From NCBI GenBank assembly GCA_964541455.1, contig CAZIPS010000001.1:1709-65708 (forward strand): a stretch of 64,000 bases of DNA, in the 5' to 3' direction. Under the pieces are notes generated by a model. It made no database searches. It saw nothing but the letters and a program-made list of their open reading frames with translations, and was not told the origin of the DNA. This stretch comes from an uncultured Candidatus Saccharibacteria bacterium. GTDB lineage: Bacteria > Patescibacteriota > Minisyncoccia > Phycocordibacterales > JAKFXT01. The translations under genes were made by a program, and so were the position numbers. This document shows, piece by piece, positions 62,056 to 64,000 of this stretch (position 1 is its first letter; the number at the start of each line of letters is the position of its first letter).

Positions 62056-64000
62056 ATGCTGATCTCACGAGCGTGGCTTCAAACATTTTTTGATACTGAA
62101 ATTCCTAAGGCTACAGATTTGGCTGTGGGGCTTACGAATCATGCTTTTGAAATTGAGGAAGTGAAAGCGGTGGGAGATGACACTATTTTTGATGTAAAAG
62201 TATTACCCAATCGTGCGCATGATTGTCTTTGTCACTATGGTGTAGCTAAAGAGGTTTCTGCTATTTTTAATATTCCCCTAAATCGGAAACCATTTGAGAA
62301 AAAGCTGCAGGTTTTTCCAGAATCAAATGCCTGGACAGTGGAAGTGGCAACTTCCAAAGTAAAACGTTTTCATGGAGCAGTGGTGCGTGGGGTGAAAGTA
62401 AAAGAATCTCCTAAATGGCTCCGCGAGCGGATCGAAGCTATGGGAGGAAAATCAATAAACAATGTGGTGGATATCACTAACTTTGTAATGTTTGACATAG
62501 GGCAACCAATGCATGCCTTTGATGCTAAAAAGCTGAGTGAAAAAGAGGGGGGATATAAGTTTGTTGTACGGGAAAGTATTGATGGTGAGAAAACACAAAC
62601 ATTGGACGGAGCAGAACGAGTGATTCCAAGTGGTGTGCTACTTATCACTGATGGTAATACAGATGGCAAGAATATTTTAGGGATCGGTGGCATTAAAGGA
62701 GGTATGAGTTCAAGTATCACGGAAGATACTACGGACATTATTTTGGAGGCGGCCAACTTTGATGCAGAGACTATTCGTCGCGGCAGTAAGCTGCTTGATA
62801 TTCGCACCGATGCCTCCAAGCGTTTTGAAAATGGCTTAGCTCCTGAACTTCCAAGCTATGCAGTCGCGTATGCTGTAGAGCTCTTGGAAAAAGAAGCCAA
62901 GGGTGAGAACTTTGTGGTTGAAGGCGCGGTTGATTATAAAGATTATGTTGAGTATCAATATAAACTTGGTGTTTCAACTAAAGAAGTAAACACACTTCTC
63001 GGCACAGAACTTAAAGAAGATGAGGTTGGTGTTATTTTGAAACGCCTTGGCTTTTCGCACAAAAAATTAGTGGTTGAAGAAGCACTTCGAAATGCAATTC
63101 CAACAATACTTAATGCTGCATATAAAAGAGATAGTTCTATGCGTGTTGATCCGCCAAGATTTTTCAGTTGCTCGTCCCTCGTGAGCTATCTTTACGTAGA
63201 GGCGGGGGTATATATGCCTAGTTATTCGGTTGATAAATATGTTTTTAGTGAAAAGATTGGCAGGGAGGATCTTACCTATGGAGATTTAATTTTTGCGAAT
63301 ACAGGTGAGGGCAAAATATATTATGAGTCCGTCCAGTTTTTAAAAGGAACAAAAGTTCCAGAGGGTGTTGATCATGTAGGAATGTATGTTGGGGAGGGGA
63401 AGGTGTTGCACGCAACAAAAAGTAAAAATGGAGTGGTGATTGAGGATTTAGTAACAAGTGACCAGTTCAAAAATAGTATTGGTTATGGGCGCGTGGCTGA
63501 TCAAAAGGAAACTCGTTTCCTAGTCACTAGCCCTTTTGAAAGACTTGATGTGCGTATCAAAGAGGATCTTATTGATGAAATCGGTCGTATCTATGGACTT
63601 GAACATATCCCCTCAATTCTTCCAGAGCTACATAGAGAGGTGGAGATAAACAAAGAATTTTATTATGTAAATAAAATTCGCACAGTTCTTACTGATGCAG
63701 GGTTCTCTGAAGTGCACACCTATGCTATGGGAGAAAATGGGAAGGTTGAGCTACAGAATCCTATTGCAGGGGATAAGAACTTTATGCGCGAATCTCTTTT
63801 GCCTGGATTAACTAAGAGTTTCATGTTAAATGCACATAACGTACCCTTACTAGGATTAGAGGCAGTAAAGATTTTTGAAATTGGGAAAGTTTTTAAAGAA
63901 AATGAAGAACATCTCTCTCTTGCTTTTGCTGCGGTAGTTCCTGTAGGTGGAAAGAAAAAAGGGGAGAAGGAAAAACAAATACTTGAGGAAGTCAAGAATG
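62056..64000 (+). CDS. pheT: phenylalanine-tRNA ligase beta subunit, 3'-truncated by the window, with inserted NlpC/P60 domain
   Basis: Hand translation, no stop to the window end: PNRAHDCL, SP.WL..R, INNVVDITN.VM...GQPMHAFD, TDASKRFE, R.D....DLIDEIGRIYG, NP......MR.SLLPGL, IFEIGKVF. Confidence 0.95.
   Translation, partial: MLISRAWLQTFFDTEIPKATDLAVGLTNHAFEIEEVKAVGDDTIFDVKVLPNRAHDCLCHYGVAKEVSAIFNIPLNRKPFEKKLQVFPESNAWTVEVATSKVKRFHGAVVRGVKVKESPKWLRERIEAMGGKSINNVVDITNFVMFDIGQPMHAFDAKKLSEKEGGYKFVVRESIDGEKTQTLDGAERVIPSGVLLITDGNTDGKNILGIGGIKGGMSSSITEDTTDIILEAANFDAETIRRGSKLLDIRTDASKRFENGLAPELPSYAVAYAVELLEKEAKGENFVVEGAVDYKDYVEYQYKLGVSTKEVNTLLGTELKEDEVGVILKRLGFSHKKLVVEEALRNAIPTILNAAYKRDSSMRVDPPRFFSCSSLVSYLYVEAGVYMPSYSVDKYVFSEKIGREDLTYGDLIFANTGEGKIYYESVQFLKGTKVPEGVDHVGMYVGEGKVLHATKSKNGVVIEDLVTSDQFKNSIGYGRVADQKETRFLVTSPFERLDVRIKEDLIDEIGRIYGLEHIPSILPELHREVEINKEFYYVNKIRTVLTDAGFSEVHTYAMGENGKVELQNPIAGDKNFMRESLLPGLTKSFMLNAHNVPLLGLEAVKIFEIGKVFKENEEHLSLAFAAVVPVGGKKKGEKEKQILEEVKN

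Noticed and set aside
63064-63510. Intein or intron explanation for the PheT insert
   Set aside because: No N-terminal C/S block, no HN-C/S/T junction, no LAGLIDADG motif. The frame is continuous and the motifs are NlpC/P60.
62370-63995. Minus-strand ORFs listed over the last 2 kb, and other short nested ORFs in the track
   Set aside because: Antisense or out-of-frame shadows of well-supported genes, here pheT.
1-64000. CRISPR array, rRNA, IS transposase, or genetic code 25
   Set aside because: No regularly spaced repeats, rRNA-like tracts or transposase motifs seen. Several genes end at TGA with the next gene starting immediately.

Overview
64 kb of a low-GC bacterial chromosome, most likely Patescibacteria/CPR (Parcubacteria-like). 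That assignment is inferred from the streamlined PheS/PheT/EF-Ts, split transketolase, DsbA-VKOR pair, short intergenic spaces and scarcity of Shine-Dalgarno sites. TGA is used as a stop, so the code is 11. Bases 1-29.6 kb are a large surface-glycan locus: RmlD-like and Gmd enzymes, five GT4s, GtrA/GT2, GT-C-like membrane proteins, six SAM methyltransferases, two AsnB-like amidotransferases, a KdsD-like isomerase, a 2OG-Fe oxygenase, Wzx and an O-antigen-ligase-TPR protein. The rest is mostly core genes: murB, secA, dsbA/VKOR, obgE, gatB, gap-rpiB-rpe-tkt-pfkB-fba, rplY, rpmE-prfA, rpsB-tsf, tRNA-Thr, a GH1/DMT/GH/GT2 cluster and pheS-pheT. Four observations stand out. (1) PheT, which is absent from the ORF track because it runs off the window, carries an in-frame ~150-aa NlpC/P60 papain-like domain with an intact Cys-His-His triad inside its B5 domain. 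(2) Two adjacent candidate small RNAs lie upstream of murB, and the loop of one is complementary to both ends of the other. (3) An unannotated 21-aa Lys/Ala micropeptide has its own promoter, DnaA box, structured leader and terminator. (4) An AT-rich HNH endonuclease gene follows tRNA-Thr behind a 42-bp palindrome. All calls come from reading motifs by eye; no database searches were run.
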